From assembly GCA_951406725.2 (NCBI GenBank), contig OX597831.1, positions 38,192,001 through 38,256,000 on the forward strand: a DNA stretch of 64,000 nucleotides. The letters are read 5' to 3'. This document shows, in pieces, positions 11,486 through 23,804 of this stretch. Under the pieces are notes generated by a model that had not been told where the DNA came from, did no database searches, and saw only the letters and a list, made by a program, of their open reading frames with translations. Source of the stretch: Octopus vulgaris. Its lineage: Eukaryota. The first letter of the stretch is position 1, and each line of letters begins with the position of its first letter. The translations under genes and the position numbers were made by a program.

Positions 11486-12706
11486 CTATGTGAAATATGT
11501 AAGATTTTTAGAATCATCAAACCCATATCCATAGAAACAGCTGGTTTAAATATGTGTACGTATTTGTCTTTCATGTATAACTACTAAATGGGTGTACGTG
11601 TCTCTCTTTCAGTTATAACTAATAAAATATTTATGGAAAAAGTCACTCAAAATATTTAGTTACAATGTGCTTTCAGGCGTACTTATAAGTTTATATAATA
11701 ATCAGATGTTAAATATACCAAATATATTTATATAATATTTTAGCTATCAGAAATGATATAATTATGGACGTTTGGATACTTAAAATCTAATGCGGTGGTC
11801 TTCGTGATTTATCCTTTTACACTAAATTAGAAATAATGAATTCTTGTATTCAGCAAAAGAGCGAATGTATGAACAAAAAATTTAACAACAAGCCGTGATG
11901 GCAGCCCCTATGTAGTCACTCTATGTACGAGAAATAGAAGCGAAATAAAACAAACTTTCCTCAAATCACGTGCACACCAGTGAAGTGGCTGTAATATTAT
12001 TTATGTCCTTGCACACTGGTAATGATACGAAAAATATTCGCGCACAGGATTTTAGATCAGAAATGTACTTGTTCACTTCGCATGGAAATTAAAAGAAAAG
12101 AATAGAATGGATGAGATTCTTGTTATGACTGGAAAACAATTACAGAGAAATTCACAAATATGTTGTTTTTACCCTGCGTTAGGAATCAGTGATGTGTATA
12201 GAAAATAAAAACCTATGAATAACATATTTTCAAGGCACTCAATTATTAATGTAGATTTTACAGCTTTAAGCTATAATCTTCAAGATGCATGTTACAATGA
12301 AGATTTTCCTCGTAAAGAATGGGTTTGGCGACATATTCACTAGCGCCCTAAAAAGAAGAGATACGTTTTATCCTGTTCTCCTTGAGATGCAGACATATTT
12401 TTCGTCATAAGTTTCCTGAATCAATGTTGAGCAACAGATACATAACAACATTAACAAAACGCTAAGAGCCTATGATAATTTTTCAAATGGTTCATGAAAA
12501 TAGCTTGTAAAGCATTTTCTTGTAACCCGATAGATTTAAATGATATTTTGTAAAGGTTTTTCAACCATTATCGATATTATATTCGCAAAAGTTTGAGCAG
12601 TTATCAAAAGTCTGAGATTGCAACACCACATACACACACACACACACATATATATACATTCATATATATATGTAAATACATATATATACATGTATCTCTC
12701 TCTCTC

Positions 12707-12777
<71 letters not shown>

Positions 12778-13349
12778 ATATATGGATTTACTTCCCGCCA
12801 GTTCATTTTATTGTTCATTTTTGCGTCTTGAAATAAATCATGTATTTTGATGTTTTTTTATTACTCGTTTATAAAAACATAAACTAAATTTAGACAGCGG
12901 ACATATTGGATTACAACCCGCAAGGTTATAGGAGATTATATTGACCGCAATACTAGCCTTTTTCTCGTTCAGTACCATAACACTAAAGAACCAGATCTGT
13001 TTATCAGATGTACACCATTAGTACACATTGCAATACTTTAGGACTGAACTTTGTAATTCTCTTATTACTTAATTAAAAGCAGTACAATTAGATTTGGAAT
13101 GGAACAGGATGTTTTTTCTTTCGGATTCTCAAACCTGAAATCAAGAAGAGATGGTGGAACAGATTTTGATAAAGGCTAAAATAATATGGAACCACTGTTT
13201 TAGAATGTAAATTTTCCAGGTATTTTCTTTATTACACATTTTATCAAATGATAAATATGTAATCGTTCTGGTTATGATAAAAAGTAGAATGATTTGGGGT
13301 GAAATTTGAGTTCATAACTTAAAGTAATTTCACTCTATGCGACCAAGTA

Positions 13350-13917
13350 TTGGGTTGTCCGGAAAGTTCGTGCCGATTTACAGTAGCTTACACTTGAACT
13401 TATTTTAGAACGTGGCTGACTCCATAAAATAGGATTTGACTACACCTCTATTTACAGCACAGTTTAAGCTATCTTTTCGTGGAAGAAGTTTTATGTTCCT
13501 ATAACCTGTGTTAATTTTGTAACCCTTCAAAATGGAAGACAAGAAAGTTCATTTTCGGCACTTGGTGCTTTCGGAACCAGACAAAAATTGCTGCAGCTCG
13601 GCTGTGATATGTTACCCCACCCTCCATATTCACCAGATATAGCTCCTTCGGATTTCCACTTATTCAGGTCTCTACAGAATAGTCTTAATGGTAAAAATTT
13701 CAATTCCTTGGATGACGTAAAAAGATACCTTGATGAATTCTTTGCCATGAAACCACCTCAATTCTAGGGAAGATGGTATTTTCAAGTTAAAGGAAAGATG
13801 GAGACGCATTGTGCGACAAAATGGTTCATATTTGGTTGATTAAAGAATGTAATGCCAAGTATTTATTGACCTTTTTCTTTCCTTTAAAAATCATCGCGAA
13901 CTTTCCGTACAACCCAG
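13350..13917 (+). mobile_element. Internally deleted mariner element
   Basis: TIRs ttgggttgtccggaaagttcg / cgaactttccgtacaacccag with TA TSD. MEDKKVHFRHL is fused to TRQKLLQLG.DMLPHPPYSPDIAPSDFHLFRSLQN. Confidence 0.92.
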
Positions 13918-13987
13918 TAGTAGATGCGACGCTTTACCGATTATGCCTTTCATCTTCACTACATTTCAAACTTTTTTTACGTTTATT

Positions 13988-14404
13988 ACTCTTTAGTCTT
14001 CTACTCTTTTACTTGTTTCAGTCATTTGACTGCGGCCATGCTGGAGCACCACCTTTAGTCGAGCAACTCGACCCCGGGACTTATTCTTTTTGTAAGCCCA
14101 GTACTTATTCTATCGGTCTCTTTTTGCCGAACTGCTAAGTGACGGGGACGTAAACACACCAGCATCGGTTGTCAAGCAATGCTAGGGGAACAAACACAGA
14201 CACACAAACACACACACATATATATATATATACATATATACGACGGGCTTCTTTCAGTTTCCGTCTACCAAATCCACTCACAAGGCATTGGTCGGCCCGG
14301 GGCTATAGCAGAAGACACTTGCCCAAGATGCCACGCAGTGGGACTGAACCCGGAACCATGTGGTTGATTAGCAAGCTACTTACCACACAGCCACTCCTGC
14401 GCCT
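13988..14404 (-). mobile_element. Full-length tRNA-headed SINE family A (CORE-like domain)
   Basis: Head aggcgcaggagtggct, A/B boxes, cttgggcaagtgtctt domain, internal TA/TG microsatellite and (aaagagt)n tail. Confidence 0.92.
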
Positions 14405-14450
14405 TGTCTAAGAAAACTAATACAATGCGACTAGGAAATAAAATTTTGAT

Positions 14451-14853
14451 AGGCGCAGGAGTGCCCGTGTGGTAAGTAGCTTGTTTACCAACCACATGGT
14501 TCCGGGTTCAGTTCCACTGCGTGGCACCTTGGGCAAGTGTCTTCTACTATAGCCTCGGGCCGACCAAAGGCCTGTGAGTGGATTTGGTAGACGGAAACTG
14601 AAAGAAGCCTGTCGTATATATGTATATATATATGAGTGTATGTGTGTCTGTGTTTGTCCCCCTAGCATTGCTTGACAACCGATGCTGGTGTGTTTATGTC
14701 CCCGTTACTTAGCGGTTCGGCAAAAGAGACCGATATAATAAGTACTGGGCTTACAAAAGAATAAGTCTCGGGATCGAATTGCTCGATTAAAGGCGGTGCT
14801 CCAGCATGGCCGCAGTCAAATGACTGAAACAAGTAAAAGAGTAAAAGAGAGTA
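14451..14853 (+). mobile_element. Full-length SINE family A
   Basis: Same structure as the previous copy, arranged head-to-head with it. Confidence 0.92.
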
Positions 14854-15762
14854 AGCAATATCAGTTTTTGTTTTATATTTTAATATATTTTTTACCTAAA
14901 ATCCTCATCGCATATCAGAGGTCGAGTTAGTTTGACTCTCTACTGATCAAAATTACAAACAAGTTATTTTTTGTTCAAATTCGAAACATTGAAATGTGAA
15001 ATAAAAGTAAATTTTTGTTAAGTTATTTTTGTTTTGCTTATGCTTTCTTCTCTATTTCTAACTCACATCATATTGCGTTTCTTAAACGCTGTTAATCTAA
15101 TTCGCTATGCTTCATATCAACTACAATATTCTGAAATTTTTCTATATTTTTTTTTATTGGATACCATATAGATGTTTTCTTTGGATGTTCAATATCTGAG
15201 GAATATCTGCCTTTGATATATTTACCTGTCTTTGTTATTTACCATATTCCTTTCGTGCTCATATCTCGGTTCTTTCAATACCACTGGGGTTTTTTTTCTT
15301 CTTGTTTTTCTGTACAATCCTTGTTGACTATGCTTTTTCACAGCAATAAACAATTAACAGCTGTAGTAGCTCACACATCGTTTCCTTATGTTTATTGAAA
15401 CGTGTTTCTGTATGAAATTGTCTTATATTTTTTGATAATTAACGGAGAAGACCTGTAGTGAGAGGCGATCTAGCTGTGACCTTTCCATTTTATCGAAGAA
15501 AGGAATGAATAGCAAGAATGACATTGAAATCGATAGCCACACTATCAAAGTAATTTCTGGTATGATCCCGGTGACTGTCTTTTTCAAGATTATTATATCC
15601 AGATAGACATTATGTAATGAATCTTTCATTGGGGAATAAGATACATTTTATTTCTCTCAGGCTGGACGATTTTGAGGCTTTCATTCATGTTTACCTTTTA
15701 GTAGCTGTGTTTCTTTTAGCATGATTTTCACATATTATAAATTCAACAACTCTCGCATTGTA

Positions 15763-16329
15763 TTGGGTTGTCCGGAAAGTTCGTGCCGATTTATAGTAGC
15801 TAAACCTCTGGACTTATTTTATAACATGGTTGAGTTCATAAAATAGGATTTAACTACACCTCCATTTAGGGCACAGTTTAAGCTATATTTTCGTGGAAGA
15901 AGGTTTATGTTCCTATAACCTGTGCTAATTCTGTAACCATTTAAAATGGAAGATAAGTAAGTTCATTTTCGGCACTTGATGATTTGGGAACCAGACAAAA
16001 GTTACTACCGCTCGGGTGGCTTGTGTTACCCCACCCTCCATATTCACCAGATATTGCCCCTTCGGATTTGCACCAATTCAGGTCTCTGCAGAATAGTCTT
16101 AATGGTAAAGATTTCAATTCCTTGGATGACGTAAAAAGATACCTTGATGAATTCTTTGCCATGAAACCACCTCAATTCTGGGAAGAGGGTATTTTCAAGT
16201 TAAAGGAAAGATGGAGATGCATTGCGCAACAAAATGGCTCATATTTGGTTGATTAAAAATGTAATGGCAAGTACTTATTAACTTTTTTCTTTCCTTTAAA
16301 TATCGGTGCGAACATTCCGGACAACCCAA
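15763..16329 (+). mobile_element. Internally deleted mariner element (same deletion as 13350-13917)
   Basis: Same TIRs and TA TSD; ORF 15984-16256 contains HPPYSPDIAPSD. Confidence 0.92.
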
Positions 16330-16779
16330 TATTATTTCATTGCTGATAGAATGGTTAGTGCGTCGGAGAAAATGCTTAACAGATTTATTCCGACTCTTTA
16401 CCATATCTCGGTTCATTGAAGAAAATAATAATCAGGAGGACTGATAAGGGTTCTAGGCATCAAAACTAATATCAACATGCGGTTATTTTATTGATGTTTA
16501 TACTACATTCCTAATGCTCCTGGTAACCGTGGTGTGTGTTCCAAATATCCATCCATTCAGCCATTTCCCACGCCCACTTTTCCTGGGAGAGTCATAAAGG
16601 TAGTGTCCTATCAAAAGCAACCGCCATCACATGTTCCGACTGAATTCCCAAGCATCACTATCTGCACTATAACATTTATCCAAACATATCGCTCTTGGCT
16701 TACTGCTAGATCTCCTGCCGTTTGGGTCGACTTGAAGAAATTTTGATTGCGATAGTTTCCACTGACTTGTTAATCATAT

Positions 16780-17060
16780 ATGCTTACCATTTGCATTATG
16801 ACCTCGTTATGCAGAGAAGTAGCAGGTCGACGCGGATGTTGAGCCAGTACGACTCTGTGATTCTCTTTCAGTGACGTTTTATCAGAGATCATGCCAGGGA
16901 ATTTCATTTCGATCGCTTGTATTTGCGATCATACTCTTTCGGTCATTGTCCAATATTCATGACTATAGGTGAGGGCAGGCACCAAAACCGAGTTGATAAC
17001 ATATTTGGCTTTCCCTACCAAAGTCTTTTCTTCTGGTGATTGACCGCTGAACCTGACAAG
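16780..17060 (-). mobile_element. RTE-like LINE remnant (post-RT region)
   Basis: SVLVPALTYSHEYWTMTERV*SQIQAIEMKF resembles the PxLTYGxExW...IQAxEMxFLR segment of RTE-clade ORFs. Confidence 0.6.
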
Positions 17061-17884
17061 TTTCTGAGCTAGCCCCTCCAATTCCAGCTTCCAATTCAGC
17101 TCCCTGTCCCCTATCACACAGCTGTTTAATTTATATGCATGCCTGCCTGCCCTAATAACACTTATACAAAAAACCAGTACTTTTATTTGAAAGTCAACAG
17201 AAAGAATATTTTATTGCTCTTCTTATCTAATATCTGATGCAAATCCTGTGACCAAATATTTGAACTAAGATATCTCAGCCTCCAACAACATATCATCATT
17301 TCTTTCAGAAATTTCCTCTCAAATTTCGTTACTAAAATTTTCCTATTGAATTATGTTTTCTAAGCTATACAATTGAGATGGGAGAAAATAATTAAGTTAC
17401 TATTCCTAGCATACGGATTCCCAACGTAGAGGGTTCCTTGTAGTCTTGAGAAATACCTCATTTATATTTTCAGGTTGAAGTGGAATAACGCCTATTTAAT
17501 CACCATTAAAGTGTATTGTCGTACTTTCCTTATTTCAGATAATTCCTTTGATGTTTAGAAATAGACATTTACTAGACTTTATATATATATATATATTAGA
17601 ATTGGATTAGAATTGTAAAATTCACTTCCACTCCTCAGCATGATATTTCAATATTATAAATTTGAAAATGCTAAACCTAACCTTAGCATCTCCGCCCAAC
17701 CGACATCGAAACATAACACAAGGTAACCAGCATTTCCGAATTTATATAGACAAGTAATTTCGTATCTCTCCATATAAATTTACCATCTGCGTCACAAGAC
17801 AGTACCGCAGAAAAAAATGCAGTTTGCTAACAGGAGTGAAAAATTATCATTATATCTATATCTATAATAATTTTTTACACTATA

Positions 17885-17947
<63 letters not shown>

Positions 17948-18029
17948 GTGAAAAGGAACACACGAGTTGATATATATGAAAAAACAAGTCAAGATAGAAA
18001 ATGCTAAAATAATTTTATAAAGAACATTT

Positions 18030-18067
18030 CAGTACCTGTTTCGGTCATTTTGAGACCTTTTCAACTG
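18030..18067 (-). ncRNA. Hammerhead ribozyme motif, U3-A8 core variant
   Basis: Reverse complement reads cag-TTGAAAA-GGTC tcaaaat GACC-GAAA-CAGG-TA-ctg. Confidence 0.7.
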
Positions 18068-18421
18068 TAACGATTAAATAATTAAATTTAGAAAAATTAA
18101 AAGAAAAGTTTTTTTAGAGGAATATTTGTATAGTGTTCAAATATAAGTGGAATTCTGCCTTTCTCTGTCTCCTTTGTTTGCCCTTGTGTGTTCGATCGTT
18201 GTGAATTCTTGGTAGAGTAGAAGAAGAAGGTTGATGAGGAGAGGGGGTGGAAAAATTTGGGAGTGCCTTGTTTGTCGTATTTTGAATGGTCAGTGACGGC
18301 TAGCAGTTGCAGTTCAATTCAGGAGGATATTTCTATTGAAAGGTTTGTTTATTGAATTTGCGTAGGTGTTTTACTAAAAAGCATTAGTGATAAAGTTAAG
18401 AGGTAGAAGGTGGAGCAGAAG

Positions 18422-18509
18422 CTTCTTCTTCTTCTTCTTCTTCTTCTTCTTCTTCTTCTTCTTCTTCTTCTTCTTCTTCTTCTTCTTCTTCTCCTCCTCC
18501 TTCTTCTTC
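18422..18509. repeat. (CTT)n microsatellite inside the inverted-repeat spacer
   Basis: Directly visible. Confidence 0.95.
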
Positions 18510-18614
18510 AGAGACAGAGAAAGGCAGAATGCCACTAATATTTGAACACTATACAAATATTCCTTTAAAAAAACTTTTCTTTTAATTTTTCTAAATTTAA
18601 TTATTTAATCGTTA

Positions 18615-18652
18615 CAGTTGAAAAGGTCTCAAAATGACCGGAACCGGTACTG
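18615..18652 (+). ncRNA. Hammerhead ribozyme motif, U3-A8 core variant (GAAA mutated to GGAA)
   Basis: cag-TTGAAAA-GGTC tcaaaat GACC-GGAA-CCGG-TA-ctg, with palindromic ACCGGU stem III. Confidence 0.62.
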
Positions 18653-18698
18653 AAATGTTCTTTATAAAATTATTTTAGCATTTTTTATCTTGACTTGC

Positions 18699-18830
<132 letters not shown>

Positions 18831-19157
18831 ATTTAAAGCTTATACGCGATTATAGGCGAATTTATATGTAACTACTGTCTATATGTATGTGTATGTCTTT
18901 GTATCAGTATACGTGTATCATTTCTCTCTCAGGATCTTTAATAACAAAAATCTACATGTGCAAACATTCAGTAGAAATGCATAAACGTGTAGATGCATAC
19001 AAGTTAATTCTTCATCACAGGCATCATTTACAGCACAGCTCACCTCAGCATCCAAACTCTTCCATACAAACACGCACACACACATACAATCATACACACA
19101 TACGCACCCATGTACGAACACGAATATGCGTATATTTATATATACAGACAATTAGAA

Positions 19158-19242
19158 GGATAGATAAATAGACAGATTGATAGATAGAGAGATAGATAGA
19201 TAGATATATAGATGGACAGATAGACAGACTGATAGATCGATT

Positions 19243-19288
<46 letters not shown>

Positions 19289-19325
19289 ATGACAGACAGA
19301 CAGACAGATAGGTAGATGGATAGAC

Positions 19326-19380
<55 letters not shown>
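19158..19380. repeat. (GATA)n/(GACA)n/(TA)n microsatellite
   Basis: Directly visible. Confidence 0.92.
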
Positions 19381-20356
19381 CATTTATACGAAGACAAAAA
19401 TATATGTATGTGTGTATGTATACCTATATACATATATACATATATTCATTCTATGTAATAGATTATCATTATCCTCCTCTTAGATAATTTCAATAACCAC
19501 CACTGATATTCCAAGAAGCATGGTATTGTATTTCTCTTTAAACATCCTTTATATTTTATAACGTGCTTCAACAGGTCAAATCATTTTGTTTCCGTATTTA
19601 TAAGTGCCGTTGTTCTCAAAGACAAAATGCAATCGGATATTTAAGTTTATGATTACTAACGTCTTCTAATAGAAGATTTATCTTTGTAAAAGCATTATTT
19701 ATTTTACTTTGTCTTTAAAGGATAATGAAATCATTGCAAAAGAATTGATATAGTCATTCTTCAATACAGTTCCAACATCAATACCACGAGAAACCTTCAA
19801 TAAATTTTCTTATTCGTGCATGTGTGTGAATGCGTTTTTGTGTGTATATATGTGCTTTGTTTTATTTTGTTCTAGATTTTTCTGTTGGTTAAACAAACAT
19901 GCAAACTTACAATGGAACATTTTCTGTTAGTGATGTTGTAAAATGATCAATTTCCTTAGAAACAGTCAGGATTTAATCATTTGTTAGATCTCCTAAAAGG
20001 GGGCTGCTAATAAAACCTTTAGTCCTCCTGAGATGATGAAATGGACACTTGAGGATGAAGGCATTGTAAGCCAAACTAAGTTTGCACGTATTATATCTTC
20101 TTCTGCTATCAATGGATTTACCTTGAAATAGGAAACTGTTGTTTCCTTTATAGTTATTCAGTCTTTGCATTTATAAGCCTCCTTTGTGAAAATACGAAAT
20201 GAAATGAAGTAAACTCCACGTAATTGTTGAGAAATCCTATCTCATTTCTATAAATGTTAAACAACATTAACTTGCGTAATAATTACTGCGTTCAATACAA
20301 AAGACATGTAAATGGGACTAGCTAGTGAGTGTGGATTATAGTAGTAGATCATAGGG

Positions 20357-20560
20357 AGGCAGGGAGTTAGCAAAACCATTAGAGCTTCGGAAAAAAACTT
20401 GCTTTGTGGTATCTGGTCCATTTCTTCTCACTCTGAGTTCGTATTCCAGCGAGGTAATTCCAATATTCATCCTCTGACAAAAGCACCAGTTTAAATTATA
20501 GGCTTGATATTATTGACTAAACACCTTCCATTATTAGTTCTGTCCGTGTGTTTACAGAGG
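20357..20560 (+). mobile_element. Highly decayed SINE family B
   Basis: aggcagggagttagcaaaaccattag head, ctgagttcgtattcc B-box and ttcatcct. Confidence 0.55.
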
Positions 20561-21525
20561 TAACCGGCATTGAATTGACTTACATGCTGTTTAATTACGA
20601 CTTTGTACCTTCTGAGATAAATCTCACCAGGTATTTAATAACTTCCTTCTTTACTGCTTCGACAAAATACTCACCAACCAAGTTCAGGGCTCAACCTTAA
20701 GTGACTATATTATCATCAACCCCAACATACAACCCAAAGGCTGTATACCAGTGAGAAACGCCTATGACTATCGTGTAGCAAGTAATCAAAACTTTACTGA
20801 ATCTTAAAGCAATTTAAGAAATGACATAATTTTAGTTCAAAACCAGAAACTAAAAATTCACGTGTGTTTGGAATGTAGTTTAATCTGATTTTAGAAAGAA
20901 TTTTTTCTCAAAATATTTCATTTTGGAAGCATATGTGTTCCTATTTATTGAATGTCTTTAGATATTTTTGCCGCTTCGAATCTGGGGCTAGATGGTGGCT
21001 AAACTACAGCGAGCCATGTGTTAAATTTCGGTGTTATTTATTAATAAATCATAATTGATTAGTTATGTCCAGGGAGAGTCATTATGCCAAAAGTTTTGTT
21101 ATAATGATTCTCCCTAGACACAATCAAATGTGCTTCAATACAGAAATTTCCATAAAGAATCTTTCAAACTAGATACGATAATTGATTAGTTATTCTCGCT
21201 TTAATAATAAACAGAGAGTTCCGAATTCATGAAGATAATTAACAATGTATTATTTTAGTATCATGTCTACGTAACAAGAAAAGATATCTTACAAATATAT
21301 TTGAAAGCACCTACGTTGAAATGAATATACTTGTATTCCACCTGCTAGGACAGATGACAGGAATGTGACGACAGGTGAACAAAACAAGTAAAGCCAGTTT
21401 TCATAATGAACACACCAGCATTCCTTACCTTGTCACCAGTGTTCATACAAATCTAAGCACTCGGTATATATTTATGATTTTTATATTAAAATCTTTTTGT
21501 TTCCTCATAGAACAGGAAGACTTAC

Positions 21526-21621
21526 GCAAAGAAAATCCTACGGGAGTATTGTTTGTTATTTCTGTTTCTAAGAGTTCGTGCTCTTGAGAAAATCTCGGAA
21601 AAACCTTTGGCAGATATTCGA
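21526..21621 (-). CDS. Candidate 96-nt symmetric (phase 1-1) exon, weakly cadherin-repeat-like
   Basis: Acceptor cccattttttcag, donor GC|gtaagt, open frame EYLPKVFPRFSQEHELLETEITNNTPVGFSL. Confidence 0.25.
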
Positions 21622-22188
21622 CTGAAAAAATGGGCACAATAAGAACGAAACACCAGCATAAATTATAAGTGGGAAAACTCTATGGTTTCTGTTATAATTC
21701 ATGCAATTTATGTATATTTATCTGTGTTTGTATGTACTTCTATAATTTATGTATCGTATATAGCTTAGCTTATATAATTCTCTATATTTGTATAGCATTT
21801 TGGTTTCTCTGTAGATTTACATATATTGACACGTTTACAATTTAATGCAAATTTTATAATTTTGTAATTTATAATTTTATCATTTTACTTTATATTTTAT
21901 GGTTATTCTCGATTTCCATTCATCTGAACTCTCTGTATATAATTAAATTTGGTAGCTCAATTGGAGTGGAATCTTCCATTAAATATGGTTTGCTTTAACA
22001 TCGCCTCTCGCCCGGTCCTCTAATTAAACTTCTTGGTTTCATAGAAAAGTCAGCGCTCGATGAACGTACTTGCCATGTACCTGAAACTATTCTAAGCGTG
22101 TGTAATGCATGTGGAGTGAAGCACATACCTTAATATTGGGCTCTCACTAGATGGAGTATTCTTCTTGTTGAACATTTTACGCAATACA

Positions 22189-22238
<50 letters not shown>

Positions 22239-22244
<6 letters not shown>

Positions 22245-22381
22245 ACACACAAATTTCCACACGAATGCACGGGATCTCTGCCCTAGGCATGTAGCTTCAA
22301 CCGTGTTTTTCTGACGTGAATTTGCTACCCAGGTATCGGTTAACCGAATTATCCATAATAAGATAATTCCTTCAACTACTC

Positions 22382-22385
<4 letters not shown>
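22239..22385 (-). mobile_element. Short structured insert between two (TA)n tracts; probable Penelope-like terminal fragment
   Basis: 8-bp hairpin GAATTATC/GATAATTC, palindrome tcggttaaccga, and a downstream cattcgtgtgg motif similar to the extensions of the 18-kb and 54-kb elements. Confidence 0.4.
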
Positions 22386-22442
<57 letters not shown>

Positions 22443-22683
22443 TCCGAATAAATGTAATTATATGATAAGATCTAGAGTTGTCTACCAGAAATCTATTATT
22501 TTTCTTACAATATAGTTTTACTTTCACAAAGGTGACAATGGTCCCTATATTTTTAAAGGGTATATTTTCCTCTCTGATGGATAGTTTCTATCATTGGCGT
22601 GTAGCAATCTCTGTCTACCTATCTGTCCCTATACGCACACATACTCATATCTATACGTATTTAATACATCCATACAGAATTAC

Positions 22684-22722
<39 letters not shown>

Positions 22723-23046
22723 TCCTTCATGACTATATAACACAGTAATAATGCAATAATTAGTATTCAACATGATTTTATTCGTTCTCGTAATTTTCGT
22801 TATTCCCTTGCTTATTGCAATAATGTATGCACTAATTTCTACTAATTGTCTTTCGTAACAGCTGAGACTTAACGTACGCATTTTATCTTGAGATCAAGTA
22901 TTCGTGAAATGGTTATATTTCTCTGCATCAAGTAAAATGATTTCTTGCAAAATACAGACTTATCAGGGATTTGAACAATCAGAATATGTCGAAAAGCCTC
23001 TTGAATATACGTCAAATGCTAGAAGTTCATAGAGAATAGCATTTTG

Positions 23047-23200
23047 GGCGCAGGAGTAGCTTGCTTACCAACCACATGGTCCCCTGTTCAGTCCCACTGC
23101 GTGGCACCTTGGGAAAGTGCCTTCTACCACAGCCTCGAGCCGACCAAAGCCTTGTGAGTAGATTTGGTAGACGGAAACTGAAAGAAGCCCGTCGTATATA
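23047..23200 (+). mobile_element. SINE family A, 5' half with a small deletion in the head
   Basis: ggcgcaggagtagcttgcttacc, a microhomology deletion relative to other copies; ends at the internal TA repeat. Confidence 0.88.
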
Positions 23201-23212
23201 TGTATATATATA

Positions 23213-23323
23213 TAACGTTAATCCAAACATGAAAACACAAAGAGAAAACACAACAATGTGAGATCGTGTAACAAGCATAGTGTTATTGTTGGACGCTCAG
23301 GAAAGGAGAGAAAGAATGAGGAT

Positions 23324-23325
<2 letters not shown>
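23213..23325 (-). mobile_element. Family H1 fragment truncated just before the HHR
   Basis: Aligns to 35322-35425 and sits in the TA repeat of a SINE A copy. Confidence 0.6.
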
Positions 23326-23384
<59 letters not shown>

Positions 23385-23804
23385 TATATCTATCTGTCAA
23401 TCTCTGTATCACCCTCTCTCTGTCTCTTTGTATATATATATATAGTTTGTGTGGTGGTGACAACAGTCTGGGGATTGCGTAATTGAACTGTACCGCCCGA
23501 TGAAAGAGACATTTTCCTGCTCTGGTCATGGACAGGAATATCGCCTCCGGTAATTTGGAGCAGCATAGCAGGTGTGAAATTTTGGCGGAAAAACTATAAA
23601 CCTGCTGCACAAGAAGTTGGGCAGAGAAATCCAAAACAGATCAACGGCCAGGGTAAACTAGTTCAGTGAGAGAAATGCTGCGATCTTCAATAGACGTGGC
23701 GCACACTGTTGATTATACTGAACTATCGAAAGACTAGTCATGACCATAGATCATTCCAGAAACTCATACTGTACCGATCGTCGCGCCGATTACCAAGGGT
23801 CACA

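Larger units (their letters stand above)
17946..18697. mobile_element. Penelope-like inverted-terminal structure inserted in (TA)n
   Basis: Near-perfect 187-bp inverted arms at 17985-18171 and 18511-18697, each with an HHR. The left arm has an extra ~40-bp outer extension, and long (TA)n flanks both sides. Confidence 0.75.

Noticed and set aside
12263-12343. Short + strand exon-like frame after ttttacag (LSYNLQDACYNEDFPRKEWVWRHIH*)
   Set aside because: It is too short, has no recognisable homology, and is expected by chance.
14169-14668. Recurrent peptide RRASFSFRLPNPLTR...PRSGTEPGTMWL in many ORFs, looking like a gene family
   Set aside because: It is the antisense translation of SINE family A.
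19973-20185. - strand ORF with a donor-like CAAG|gtaaat
   Set aside because: All frames after the nearest acceptor hit stops, and there is no supporting homology.
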